In this document: in pieces, positions 38,566 through 50,799 of the stretch
How the letters are laid out: each line of letters begins with the position of its first letter
How positions within the stretch are numbered: position 1 is the first letter of the stretch
NCBI GenBank assembly: GCA_030390025.1
Contig: CM059429.1
Coordinates: 143,096,001 to 143,160,000 of the forward strand
DNA from: Squalus acanthias
Lineage: Eukaryota
Reading direction: 5' to 3'
DNA: 64,000 nucleotides
Program-made: the position numbers and the translations under genes
Notes under the pieces: generated by a model
Told to the model about the DNA's origin: nothing
Databases searched by the model: none
What the model saw: the letters and a program-made list of their open reading frames with translations, nothing else

Positions 38566-39469
38566 ATGTCAATTCATTCGTTAATGACAATGAAAAGTGA
38601 AGCAATTAAGGGATGGAAAATTGGAGGGCTCGCTCACTGGTGTATGGCCTTTCCCACACACTTTCTCTGTATCTACTGCACCCAGGCAATCCAAACTGCC
38701 CAGGCACAGGACCAAAAAAATCTACTCCAATATTGCCCACAAGAGATTAAACTACGATTTTTACAACATACTGCCTACACATTTTGATAAGCAACAAAAC
38801 TTTGAGACTTTCATGATGCAAAATCATATGTGAATAACATAAATTTTCAAAGCAGATCAGATCTCCAAACAGTACTAAAGTAACCAAAGTGCTGATTTAT
38901 TGTGATAGGAATACTTTGAAGTTACAACAAAACCTCTTACACCTAGTGAAGTGAAGTGTTAATGTCTAATTACTGCCATCTTCCTGCAGGCATCTCAATA
39001 ACGGTTCAGTAATTGGAGTCATCATTATAGTTTGTCACTCCAAAACCACAGCCAAGATCTGGTGTGATTTATCTGGAATACATTCCTGGAGTGCAGGATG
39101 TTGACAAGGGGGGAATGCAGCTTCAAGTGTTTGCCTAGACTCTCCACATTCACATTTGAGGTGGTTTCTCAGCTTCCACTTGGTCATATTATCACCAGTC
39201 TTTGCCACCCCAGCTCTCGCTTGACTCAGGGTACACCAATGTTATTGTTCAAGGTCAGTTCCTGGATGGAGTTCTAAGTAACCAAGTTCTCCAGATCATC
39301 GGCATTTCCCACCATTTTGTTACTCTGCAGGTACAGTGGCATTTTGGGGTAAGGGATTTTCAGAGGCAAACTTCTTTCTGGACTTCAACCTCTTGAACGG
39401 TGGAATATCGGTGGTGTCTAGGATCATACACCTGTTTTTGGGTCGAGTCATATACGTTCACGTCATGAC

Positions 39470-39770
39470 CCGATTAATCTCCTGTCAGGCCTCTGACTCT
39501 AACCTCCTGTGCAACACTCCCTCCTTCCACTCCACCCCTCCATTGGTGGCAGAGCCTTCATCCTGTTCCTGCTCTCTGAGGCTCCCTCCCTAAACCCCAA
39601 CATCTTGCTTCTTCACTCTCCTATTTTAAAAGTTTGCTCCTGATCTAGCTCTTCGACCACACTTTTGGTCATATCTCCTAACTCTTCTGCTACTGTTTGG
39701 CATCTGTTTCTTCTCTGAGAGGCATTTTGGGATGTTTACTAGTCTAAAGGCACTACAGAAATGCAGGCTG
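39470..39770 (+). mobile_element. Degraded L2 3' end
   Basis: CCATTGGTGGCAGAGCCTTCA...CTCCCTAAACC...GGCACTACAGAAATGCAGG, similar to the end of 63000-63945. Confidence 0.6.
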
Positions 39771-39822
39771 TTATGTGCCAGTTTTGCCTTTATAATTAAT
39801 GGCAGAGTGGATTGAACCTAAT

Positions 39823-40901
39823 GGCCCGGATTTTGCAGTCATTCGCGAACGAATGGCACTTGCTGTTCATTACGCTTAGAGTTGCCCACAGTTCACAGAA
39901 TCACAGAATCCCCACAGTACAGATAGAGACCATTTTCGGCCCATCAAGCCTGCACCGACACATATCCCACCCTATCCCCGTAACCCCACGTATTTAATCC
40001 CCCCCTAACACTAAGGGTCAATTTATCATAGCCAAATCAACCTAACCCGCACATCTTTGGACTGTGGGAGGAAACCGGAGCACCCGGAGGAAACCCACGC
40101 AGACACAGGGAGAATGTGCAAACTCCACACAGACAGTCACCCGAGGCCGGATTCGAACCTGGGTCCCTGGCGCTGTGAGGCAACAGTTCTAACCACTATG
40201 CCACCGTGCTGCCCAAGTTCTGTGGGCTTTTACACTCAGATTAGCGGTAATCAGACAGTCAAAACAGCGCGGCACCCTCTACAGGGGATCTGGGACCTGT
40301 GTGAATGGTCACGCAACAACCAATCAGATTGAAGAATCCTTACTGAGGCACGCAGAGTCTAAACCAGGAAATGTAAGTTTGAATATTTAATTCAATGTAA
40401 AATCATGTACAGAAAGCAAAATAAAGAGAGGGATAGAAAGATGGGATTAAGAGAGAGAGATAAAAGAGAAAGAAATAAAAAGTAAAATAAAATTTAATTT
40501 AATTTTTTTTAAATCTCCAACGATAATTAAAATCTGAAGGAATGAAACTCCACACTTGTAAAAGTTCATTTTCAGTGCCAGAGAGGTTGTTTGCCAGTAA
40601 TTAATCTTATCACGCCATTAAAAAATCACTTACACTTGAATGGACAAGCCCTAACCTTTCCTGGCGTGTTTAGTGGGTAAGTATCGCAACTTCATGCCCG
40701 TCATGTGTTTGAATGCGGAGTCTCTCGGCAAGGTACCGGTGTAGCGAAGCTTGTGGAGGAACAGGGCAACTTGGACAGCAACTTCCTGATTTCTACGTTT
40801 AACTGCGCATGTGCGGAAGCTGGAAGTTGCTGTCCGATTTACTCCTTAATAACGATGAGTGCTGATAGCCTCGCTGTTATTCTTACCGCAAAATCCGGGC
40901 C
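39823..40901. mobile_element. Family-A MITE containing an HE1 SINE
   Basis: TIR GGCCCGGATTTTGC/GCAAAATCCGGGCC; homologous to 836-2421. Confidence 0.88.
39894..40214 (-). mobile_element. HE1-type V-SINE, near full length
   Basis: Minus-strand head GGGCAGCACGGTGGCATAGTGG, B box GGTTCGAATCC, V-domain and CR1-like tail (CACAGAAT)n. Confidence 0.92.
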
Positions 40902-42592
40902 ATCGTCTTACTTGCTACATACTTGCTAGCATTTCTTTGCGTCAGTATGGCATTTTTTGCATATCTCTTTAACAGCTACTACTTTCCTTCTTGACCATAT
41001 ATGTCATATGCTGCTAGTTTACAGTAATATTCATGGTTTACCTTTGTGCTTTTCTTTAAGTCATCCAACTTGTTCCTGACCTACTGCCAGGCCCTCTACG
41101 TATGGAGGAGGCAATAAGCATGCCGATTTCTCACTGCGAGTAAACTCTATGTCAGCTAGTTAGAGGACTTGGCAGGAAGTCAGAAAGAAGCTGAATATCT
41201 TCACCCACCAGAATCTGATTGAGACTCTCCATTACAGAGGTCGCAACGCCAAGTCGATAAATTGCACTTTTCTCAATTGTCATTGAGCCATCCACAAATA
41301 TTCAACATTCCACAGCCGCATTAATGACGCTTTGGCGTTTATACTGGTTAAGTGACTTATTAGATGCTTCAGAAGAATTAAAGGACGAATATTGCAGATG
41401 TGCCAGGATTAGCTGCTATTATTTTGTTAGCAAAATAACATTTTCAGGAAGTGACGAGGAACAATGCCATGATTTTTTCTAGGTTATGATGGAAAGCGGG
41501 TATTTTGCCCGTTCTTTGAGAAATTAGGAAGATAGAGAATTTATAGCAATTAATGAAACTTTCATTAAGTAACAAATAATGAAAAAATCATGAAAACAAC
41601 ATATGGAAGATGTAGCCTGATGTAGACAGCTTTATACTCATAGGAAGTAAAGATAACATAGAATGCATCCATGTTACCACTGACTTCAAAGAAATCTTAA
41701 AAGGGGATTATATCCTTGGTGATCTTCTCAGTAGGCAACCTAAGCTCCAATGGTATACGTCGTATTTTGGAAGGAAGAATAATTTTATTTTAATGAATAT
41801 CACTTAAGGCTCAGTTCAGATGCTGCTTTTGTAATTAAGGTTGGATATACTTTTGTGAATATTCTTGAAATTAGTTCTTCTTTAGACCTCCTTCCCTTTC
41901 ACATATCATAAACGACTCTTAATGTTTTCAAAAATGGCAATAGTAAAAGATTCCTGCCATCAGCTTTATTTTTCAGATGTGAGATAAAAGCATCTTGACT
42001 AATATTATAATTAATTGGATTCTTTCTTGCTGGTCACATCATACAGAAGGTAAAAATTAGTTACTTAGGTGTCTGCCTTGGCTCCATAGTAGCACTTTTG
42101 CCTCTGAGTCAGAACATAGGAACAGGAGTAGGCTATTTGGCTTCTCAAGCCCGTTCCTCCTTTCAATTAGATCATGGCTGATCTGTAGCTCAAATCAATT
42201 TGCTCCATATCCCTTGATACCCTGACCTAACAAAAATCTATCGATCTCAGTCTTGAAAATTTGAATTGACCCCCAGCATCTACAACCTTTTGGATGAGGG
42301 GATTCCTGATTTCTACTATCTTTTGTGTGAAAAAGTGACTCCTGATTTCACTCCTTAATGGCCTAGCTCTAATCCTAAAATTGTGCCTCCTTATTCTGGA
42401 TTCCCCACCAGAGGAAAGAATTTCTCTATCAATCCTATTGAATGATTTTATCATTTTAAATACCTCAATTAGATCACCCCTCAACCTTCTGAACTGAAGG
42501 GAATACAAGCAAAGTTTATGTAACCTGTCTTCAGAAGTTAACCCTTTAAGTCCCTTCTGGTGAATCTGTGCTGTACCCCCTCCAAAGTCAAT

Positions 42593-43335
42593 GGCCCAAA
42601 AATTAGTGAGTGAGCCTTCGTGCGAGGGTAAGGCTTCCCCGCGATCTCTCACTGCGCGCTGGCTTTTTCATTCCCAGCTCGCACGAACTTGATGTTCTGG
42701 ACAGCAGCTGTGCAGGACTTCCGTATCCCACAGGCGCAGTTAATTCGTGCGAGCTGTGGGATCACGTGACTCAGTTAGAGCCAATGGCAGCACACCATCT
42801 TTCATTCATAGCTTTCCCAACAAGTGCTGTGAAAGCTATGAATCTATACCCCCCAAAAGAACAGCTAAACCTCAATTAAATTAAAAAAACAAACCATCAC
42901 ATTAATAAAATAAGTATAGTTAAATAAATTAACCATTTTAAACAAAACATTAAATTTTTGAAAAAATTTAAAATCTTTTAAAAAGTTATAAAAATAAACT
43001 TACCTTTCTTTAAAGTCTCTAAAAAAGATATACCTGTTGAAAAAAATTCAAAATAATACTTAATTAACTACTTACCTTGTTAAAAGAGGGTCTTACGCCT
43101 CCTTTCTTTATGTGCAAAATCTTCCATGCTTACCTGCGCGTTCAAAGCACTAAGTGCACTGCGTGCGCGCAGCCTGTAGCGCGCACGCGGTTCACCTAGG
43201 AACCGCCCCCTTTTGAAATCACCAAGTGCCGGTTTTCAGCGCATGCGCAGTGCATGCAGAAAACCGGCAATTGGAGACAGAATACGTGAGAGTACACAGT
43301 GCGTACTCTCGCGTAGCAACACTAATTTTTGGGCC
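42593..43335. mobile_element. MITE with perfect 16-bp TIR and AAT target-site duplication, inserted in CR1
   Basis: GGCCCAAAAATTAGTG/CACTAATTTTTGGGCC; the empty-site CR1 sequence (CCAATATATC near 58042) shows that AAT is duplicated. Confidence 0.93.
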
Positions 43336-46122
43336 AATATATCTTTGCTGATGTGTATTGTCCAAAACACAGTACTCTAGATGGGGTTTGACCAAGGCTC
43401 CGTACAACTGAAGCATAACTTCTGCCTCTGTGTACTCCAGCCCTGTTAGCCATTTTGATTACTTTCTGCACCTGTGCACTAGCTTTTAATGAGTTGTGTA
43501 CATGGACAGTCAAATTGCTTTGCTCCTCCACAGTATCTAGTCTCTTGCCATTTAGAAAATATTCCACGTCCAAGTGCTTAGTCACTCTGTCCCTGATGAT
43601 AGATACCAGTAACTTCCCCACAACTGACATTAAATTGACAGCTCTGTAGTTTCCTGGTTTGTCCCTCCCCCGTCTTAAATAATGAAGTAAAATTTGCAAT
43701 TTTCCAATCCAAAAGCATTGCGAAATCAGATACAGAATATTAGTTGAACAAGTCTGCCATTTCCTTGTGATCCATTCTTTCATGGGCCCACATTCCCCTT
43801 ACTACTCTCTTTCTCTTAATATATTTATTAAAACTTTTACTATTAGCTTGCAAGTTTTTTTTGATACTCCTTTTTGCACCTCATTACTTTCTTCCTATCC
43901 CTTTGTTGCTTTTATAGCTCTCTCAGTCTGATGGATTTCTGCTTTTCCTTGCATATGTGTAAGCCTTTTCTTTTTGTTTGATACTGTCTTGTACCTCGTT
44001 TTTTGACCATGGTTGCTTAACTGCACAATCAGAGAATCAGAGAATGATAAAATGATACAGCACAGAAGGGGGCCATTCGGAACGTGCCTGTGCCGGCTCT
44101 TTGAAAGAGCTATCCAATTAGTCCCTCTGCCCTGCTCTTTCCCCATAGTCCGACAGAGTTTTCCCCTTCAAGTATTTATCCAATTCCCTTTTGACAGTAG
44201 CTATTGAATCTGCTTCCACCGCCCTTTCGGACAGTGCATTCCAGATCATAATAATTTGCTGCGTATTTTTTTTCCTCATGTCGCCTCTGGTTCTTTTGGC
44301 AATTACCTTAAAACATGTGTCCACTGGTTACCAACCCTTCTGCCACTGGAAACAGTTTTTTCCTTATTTACTCGATCAAAACCCTTAATGATTTTGAACA
44401 CCTCTATCAAGTCTCTCCTTAACATTACATAGAATTATAAGCACAGAAACAGGCCATTCGGCCCAACTGGTCTATGCAAGTGTTAATGTTCCATACGAGC
44501 CATTTCCCACCCTAATTCATCGAACCTTAAATGCATATCCTTCTATTCCTCTCTGCCTCATGTACTTACCTAGATTTCCCTTAAATGTATCTATGCTATT
44601 TGCCTCAACCACTTCTTGTGGTAGTATGTTCCACATTCTCAACACTCTCTAAGTAATGATGTTTCTCCTGATCCTTATTGGATTTATTAGTGACTATCTT
44701 ATATTTATGGGCACTAGTTTTGGTCTCTCCAGATTTGGAAACATCCTCTCTATGTCCACCCTATCAAATCCTTTCACAACTCCAAAGACCTCTACCAGGT
44801 CACCCCTCAGCCCTCTTCCTTCTAGAGAAAAGAGCCCAACCCAGCCTGTTCAATTTTTCCTGCTAGTTAACTGGTTTTCTTTCTTAACAAGTTATATTTC
44901 TGTTGGGCTAATGAGAACCTTCTCTGCTCTAAGGAGAACAATCTAGCCTCTGCACATAACTGAAGTCCTGCATCCCTGGTACCATTCTAGTAAATCGCCT
45001 TTGCACCCTCTCCAAGGCCTTAACATCCTTCCTAAACTGTGGTGCCCAGAATTGGACACAATACTCCACCTGATGCTTAACCAGTGTTTTATAAAGTTTT
45101 AGCATATCTTCCTTGTTTTTGAGCTCTATGCCTCTGTTTATAAAACCAAGGATTTCGTATGCTTTTTTAACAGCCTTCTTAACTTGTCCTTCCACCTTCA
45201 AAGATTTGCATTTGTACAACCCAGCTGTTCTGGCACCCCCTTTAAAATTGTACCATTTTGTTTATATTGCCTCTCCTCATTCTTCCCACCAAAATGAATC
45301 ACTTCAAAATTCTCTGCATTAAATTTCATCTGCCACGTGTCTACCCATTTCACCAGTCTGTCTCTGTCCTCCTGAAGTCTATTAATATCCTCCTCACTGT
45401 TTACTACATTTCCAAGTTGCGTGACATCTGCATACTATGAAATTATGCCCTGTATACCCAAGTCCACGTCATTAATATATATCAAAAAGAGCAGCAGTCC
45501 TAATACCGACCCCTGGGGGACTCGACTGTATACTTCGTTCTAGTTTGAAAAACAACTGCTTACCACTACTCTCTGCTTTCTGTCCCTTATCCAATTTTGT
45601 ATTCACACAGCCATTGCCCCTATAATCCCATGGGCTTCAATTTTGCTAACAATTAATTACATGGCACTTTATCAAACGTCTTTTGGGAAAGTCCAAAACG
45701 CAACATCAACCACACTGCCCTCATCAACTCTCTCTGTTACTTCATCAAAGAACTCAATCAAGTTAGTCAAACATGATTTGCCTTTAACAAATGTTTCATT
45801 TATTAACCCATATTTTTCCAAGTGCCAATTAATTTTGCCCTAGATTATTGCCTCTAAAACTTTCTGCACCTCCGACGTTAGGCTGACTGGCCTGTAGTTG
45901 CCGGGTTTATCCCAAGTGGAGCTTCTGCCTTTAATTGGTATGCACTTTTTTTTATTGAATCAAAAACCTCTTTGAATACCTCCCACTGTTTGTCGGTGTA
46001 CTTATTTACAGCTTAGCCTAGTTTACTGTGGTCAATTTATTTCTCACCCTTTTTCACAGTTTACCTTACTTAAATTTAAAACTCTAGCGTGTGACTCTCG
46101 CTGCGCCCTCTCAAAACATATT

Positions 46123-46840
46123 GGCCCAGAATTTGCGGTCCTGATGACAGCGGACTGGCAGCGTTCGCAGTCATTTCGCCTTTGAAACTGATGGCAACTT
46201 CAGGATTTAGCGCACGTGCAGCCTAACACATAAATCCTGAAGTTGCGGACTGTTATTCACTGCTCCTCCATAAGCTGTGCTGTGCCCTGTGCCCGCCCCC
46301 AGCAATCAGTGTAATCTGTCAAATCATGAAAACTGACAGAAACTTCGGCTCTTCTGCGGTAATACCGCTGTTAAATACCCCATTAAAAGTTAGACCCAAG
46401 GGATCAGGTGTAACTGGGTTTTAACAGCGTAATGACTGCTAAACAAAGGTTTTGGCCCTGAAAAACTAATTTTAATTTTGTGGAGTGTCAAATTTATCCT
46501 TTTAAAAGTTTGTTCATCTTTATTTCAGGTTTGCCTTTTCCCCATGTGAGAGCCCCAAACTTTGTTTTGCTTTGTCTAACATTTAAAAAAAGTTAGAATT
46601 TTAGGAGCTTACCCACTTCCTGGTTCGGTGCCTGTGAGAATTCTGCGTTTTGATTGGCTGTTTAGACAGCTTGTTGATGTCACAGCAGCTCTTCACTGGG
46701 AATCCCCATTAACTTGCATTGATTTCAGTTCAGAAAAGCTGAACTTCTCGCCACAGAGATCGTGAGATCTTTGTGCGAAGCTTACTTCGGGGCCAATGGC
46801 GAAAGCCTTTGCTTCGCCGCTGACCGCAAGTTACAGGGCC
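46123..46840. mobile_element. Family-A MITE with ATT target-site duplication, inserted in CR1
   Basis: GGCCCAGAATTTGCGGTC ... GACCGCAAGTTACAGGGCC; ATT on both sides. Confidence 0.88.
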
Positions 46841-49779
46841 ATTATAAAATTCAACCATATTATGTCACTATTTACAAGATGTTCTCTTACAGTCAGATTG
46901 TTAACTAATTCTGGATTGTTACTCATTACTAAATCTACTATGGCCTTATCCCTTGATGGTTCTAAAACATTTTTCCAGAAAACTGTCCTGATTAAATACT
47001 AGAAATTCATTGCACGTAATCAAGGCTAACATTTCAGTGCAATACTGAGGGAGTGCCGCTCTATTGGAGGTGCTGTCTTTTAGATGAGATGTTAAACTGA
47101 GGCCCCGCCTTCCCTCTCAGGTGGATGTAAAAGATCCCATGACACTAGTCGAAGAAGGGGAAGTTTTCATGGTGTCTTAGCTAACATTTATACCTCAAAC
47201 AACACCTAAAAAACAGATTATCTGGTCATTTGTGGGACCTTGTTATGCATAAATAGGTTGCAGCATTTTCTATATTATAACAGTGACTACACATCAAAAG
47301 TTTATTGGCTGTAAAGCACATGTCCTGAAGTCATGAAAGGCACTATATAAATGCAAGTTTGTTCTTTCACTAGTCTTAGAGCCCAGCCCCAGCCCCCACC
47401 CCATCCCTGCCAGTGATCCCAGACCCTCAAATCCCCTTCAAATAATTGCTAAAACTTGAGACTGAATCCCAATACTTTCAGACCTTGGGTTCCCTTCCCA
47501 GTGCTCCCAAGTCCCAGAGTTGCCCTCAATGCTGTTAAATCATTTTTCCCGGTAATACATCTCAGCATAACTTCCCAGTTACATCAAACATAGATTATAA
47601 AAGGAAGGTATGAAGTTCCACAGTTTTGAGGTCCTACTAAAGATTGAGCTAGAGTAAGAGAATAAATGAAGAGCCTTGATTGCCATACAGTGAGGCTGCA
47701 GAGAGGAGGAAGAACATGTAAGTTAGGAGATAGGGTATTTGCATGTTAGGAGAAACAAGAGATTTGTACAAGGTCAAAGAACAATATGGTGGCTGATGGG
47801 GAGATAGGTCTCTGACAAGAAACGATGCCAGCATTCTACTTCACTAAATGCTGACCTAGTCAGTGCTACACATTTGTTTTACACAGATCCACCCATTAAA
47901 ACATTGCGTATGTTTGAGCTTCAGTTAGTTCAGTGTTATTGAAGGGTGAGGAATATCAGGGTGGATTACCCCTCGCTTGTGAGCAACAGGCTCCACTGAG
48001 GCCTGACATTTTGCCATTGGAGCAGAAGTCAGTACTTGAGAATAACATTGCTTTAGGGTTTATTCACTTTGATTGAGATCTGGGGGAACGCTTCACATTT
48101 TCCCTAACTCTCTTGGAGTTAGTGGATATACTTATACCCACTTTGACTACTTGAATTGCGACCGTGCACCACTGTTAACTCAGGGAGGCAGGATCTTATG
48201 GTTTGAGACTTTGCTTCTGTAAGTGAGTCCATCTGGATGATAACAAGCAACATTGATCTGATCCCTTAAGTATCAAAGATAAATCCTACTTTACTGTAGA
48301 GAGGGAGAGTTGGGACTCTGTGATCCCATTCAAGTCTATAGGATTTGGATGATCTTATTTGGAATAGAGAGAGGGAGACGAGACACTGCTGACCTAAATG
48401 AATCTTAAATTAAGGTATTTCATGCCTTCAATGCAAAAGAGGGCCACAGAATTTGTCTCTGAAGGATCGCCTCTGGTGTTGAGCCCCTCTTGAGAATCTC
48501 TTAAAAAGATAATTCCTTCATTGTTTGAATAATTTATGCTACCAATTTAGCTGCTTTTGGAGCACCCAAGGAAAATATATTTGAGTCCCAATTTACAGAT
48601 CCTTAAATAATTTAACACCAAAATATCTGACTGACTAATTAGAAGGAAAAATACCTTTCACATATTACAATTCTTGAAGTAGATAACTTTTGATATTTTG
48701 CAAAATAACTAGTGAGTGCATCTGTTCTTTTCAATTCACCTTTTTTACAAACTAGAAGGATAAATTCAATGAGCCTGTGACCCGAGTGTTGAGCTGTGCT
48801 TGAAGGGAGCATGGTTCAGGGATTGAGGACTACACTGTTACAGTTCTATCGCTGATTGACGCTCCCTTTGAGTGTGTAGCTCAATGCTAAGAGTGAAAAT
48901 TGCTGAATTTACCCGACAGGTTCCATGAAAATTAAATCTACTGGGACCTTCAAATATGGAACATATGCATAATTCTTGGGAAAATTAATCTCCATTTAAA
49001 TAACTCGAAGCAGTTTGTCTTTCAAACATTTTTATTTCTTATGCTTTATCTCTATTATATTAAATCTGAAGAGCCAAGCATTTTACATATCATATAATTG
49101 GATGTGTAGACAGACATTTCATAATATGAAATACCCAGCATACTAAGCACTAACTTGAGATAAATCTCCTTTCCCATTATAATTTTCAAATCCAGAGTTA
49201 GAATGTGTGCTAGAATTATTCCACGGTTTATTATTTATTGTAAGGTGATAAACGGCTCACTTTATCATTTAGAGTTGTAAACTTAGGGAACAAAATAAAT
49301 GGTGGTGAATGGAGAACTTGTGAAATTATTTAGGAAAAGGGTGATGGTAAAATCTGCAATCATGAATGTTGTGGGGAGGTGAATGGACAGGATAGCAGTA
49401 CAAGAAAGGGGAAGGGAGTGGATACATAGAGAATGGGCTGCTTAGAGCACTATAGCTCTCAAAAGGATGTACCAAACTGCTGGCTGTTGTCCAAGTGGAC
49501 AAGGAAAAGAAAAGCTGGCACAAATATATGAAAATGAAGTGATAGAATAAACTAGGCCCTTTTGCTCCATTTGTGTACATCAGGGACATTACTGCTGCTA
49601 CCTCAGGCCTGCCAGCACCTTCCACCAGGAGTAACAGAGGTGGGCAGGAGGGAAATAGGATGGGAGGCTAGGTTCTGTACCTCCGTTGGTCCTGGTAGGG
49701 GTGAAGGTAGGGAAACCAAGGTTGGGGCAGGGACGTGGCAAAAGGGCCCACTGCCCGATTTTCATGCCATTTCCGATGC

Positions 49780-50565
49780 CACCTTGCATTTGGGGAGGGC
49801 TAACAAAGAAAGGGAATACACATTAAATGGTAGGACACCGAGTAGTGTAGAGGAACAAAGGAACCTTGGAGTGCATGTCCACAGATCCCTGAAGGTAGCA
49901 GGCCAAGTAGATAAGGTGGTTAAGAAGGCATAGGGAATGCTTGCCTTTATTAGCCATGGCATAGAATACAAGAGCAGGGGGGTTATGCTTCAACTGTATA
50001 AAACACTAGTTAGGCCTCAGCTAGAGTACTGCGTGCAGTTCTGGTCACCACATTACAGGAAAGATGTGATTGCACTAGAGAGGGTACAGAGGAGATTTAC
50101 AAGGATGTTGCCAGGAGTAGAGAATCTTAGCTATGAGGAAAGATTGGATAGACTGGGTCTGCTTTCCTTGGAACAGAGGAGGCTGAGGGGAGACCTTATT
50201 GAGGTGTATAAAATTATGAGGGACATAGATAAAGTGGATAGAAAGGACCTATTTCCCTTAGCAGAGGGATTGAAAACCAGGGGGCACAGATTTATATTAA
50301 TTGGGGGAAGGTTTAGAGGGGATTTGAGGGAAAATTTCTTCACCCAGAGGGTTGTGGGGGTCTGGAACTCACGGCCTGAAAGGGTGGTAGAGGCAGGAAC
50401 CCTAACCACATTTAAAAAGTACTTGGATGTGCACTTGGGATGCTCTAACCTGCAGGGCTACGGACCAAGAGCTGGGAAGTGGGATTAGGCTGGATAGCTC
50501 TTTGTTGGCCGGCACGGACACGATGGGCCAAAATGGCCTCCTTCCGTGCTGTAACTTTCTATGAT
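49780..50565 (+). mobile_element. CR1 LINE 3' part
   Basis: ORF 49937-50488 (LEYCVQFWSPHYRKD...WNSRPERVVEA) followed by CR1 3' UTR. Confidence 0.93.
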
Positions 50566-50799
50566 TGCCAGATAATGGAGTAAAATTCAACCCATAAAGT
50601 TTGAGCACTTTTCCATAGCTTTTTACATGATTTCAGACCTGACCAGCAAAATATAAAAGTAAAATATCCTTTTGATGTTCAGAAGTGTGTTCTATTGCGT
50701 CTGAGAAACAACAGTTGAAAATATCGGGATTATTATTAGCAATAACAATAGCCAGTGAGAATTGTGTGGGGTAGAACAGCAAATCAAATCCACCATTTT

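Larger units (their letters stand above)
42113..47010 (-). mobile_element. CR1 copy X (42113-44028 and 45913-47010) with nested CR1 copies Y (44029-45912) and Z (about 44425-44915)
   Basis: Three separate CR1 3' tails; X and Y each resume colinearly after the interrupting insertion. Confidence 0.8.
42072..47367 (+). mobile_element. Deu-domain SINE split by a roughly 4.9-kb nest of insertions
   Basis: tRNA-like head at 42072-42113 (TGGCTCCATAGTAGCACTTTTGCCTCTGAGTCAGA); the body resumes at about 47011 and runs to the tail ATGCAAGTTTGTTCTTTC. Confidence 0.7.

Noticed and set aside
38951-39001. GTG AAG TGT TAA TGT CTA ATT ACT GCC ATC TTC CTG CAG GCA resembles the mammalian CD247 signal peptide (LITAIFLQA versus LFTAAILQA)
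   Set aside because: No ATG, two in-frame TAA stops and no phase-1 donor; equally explained as an acceptor-like sequence or chance.
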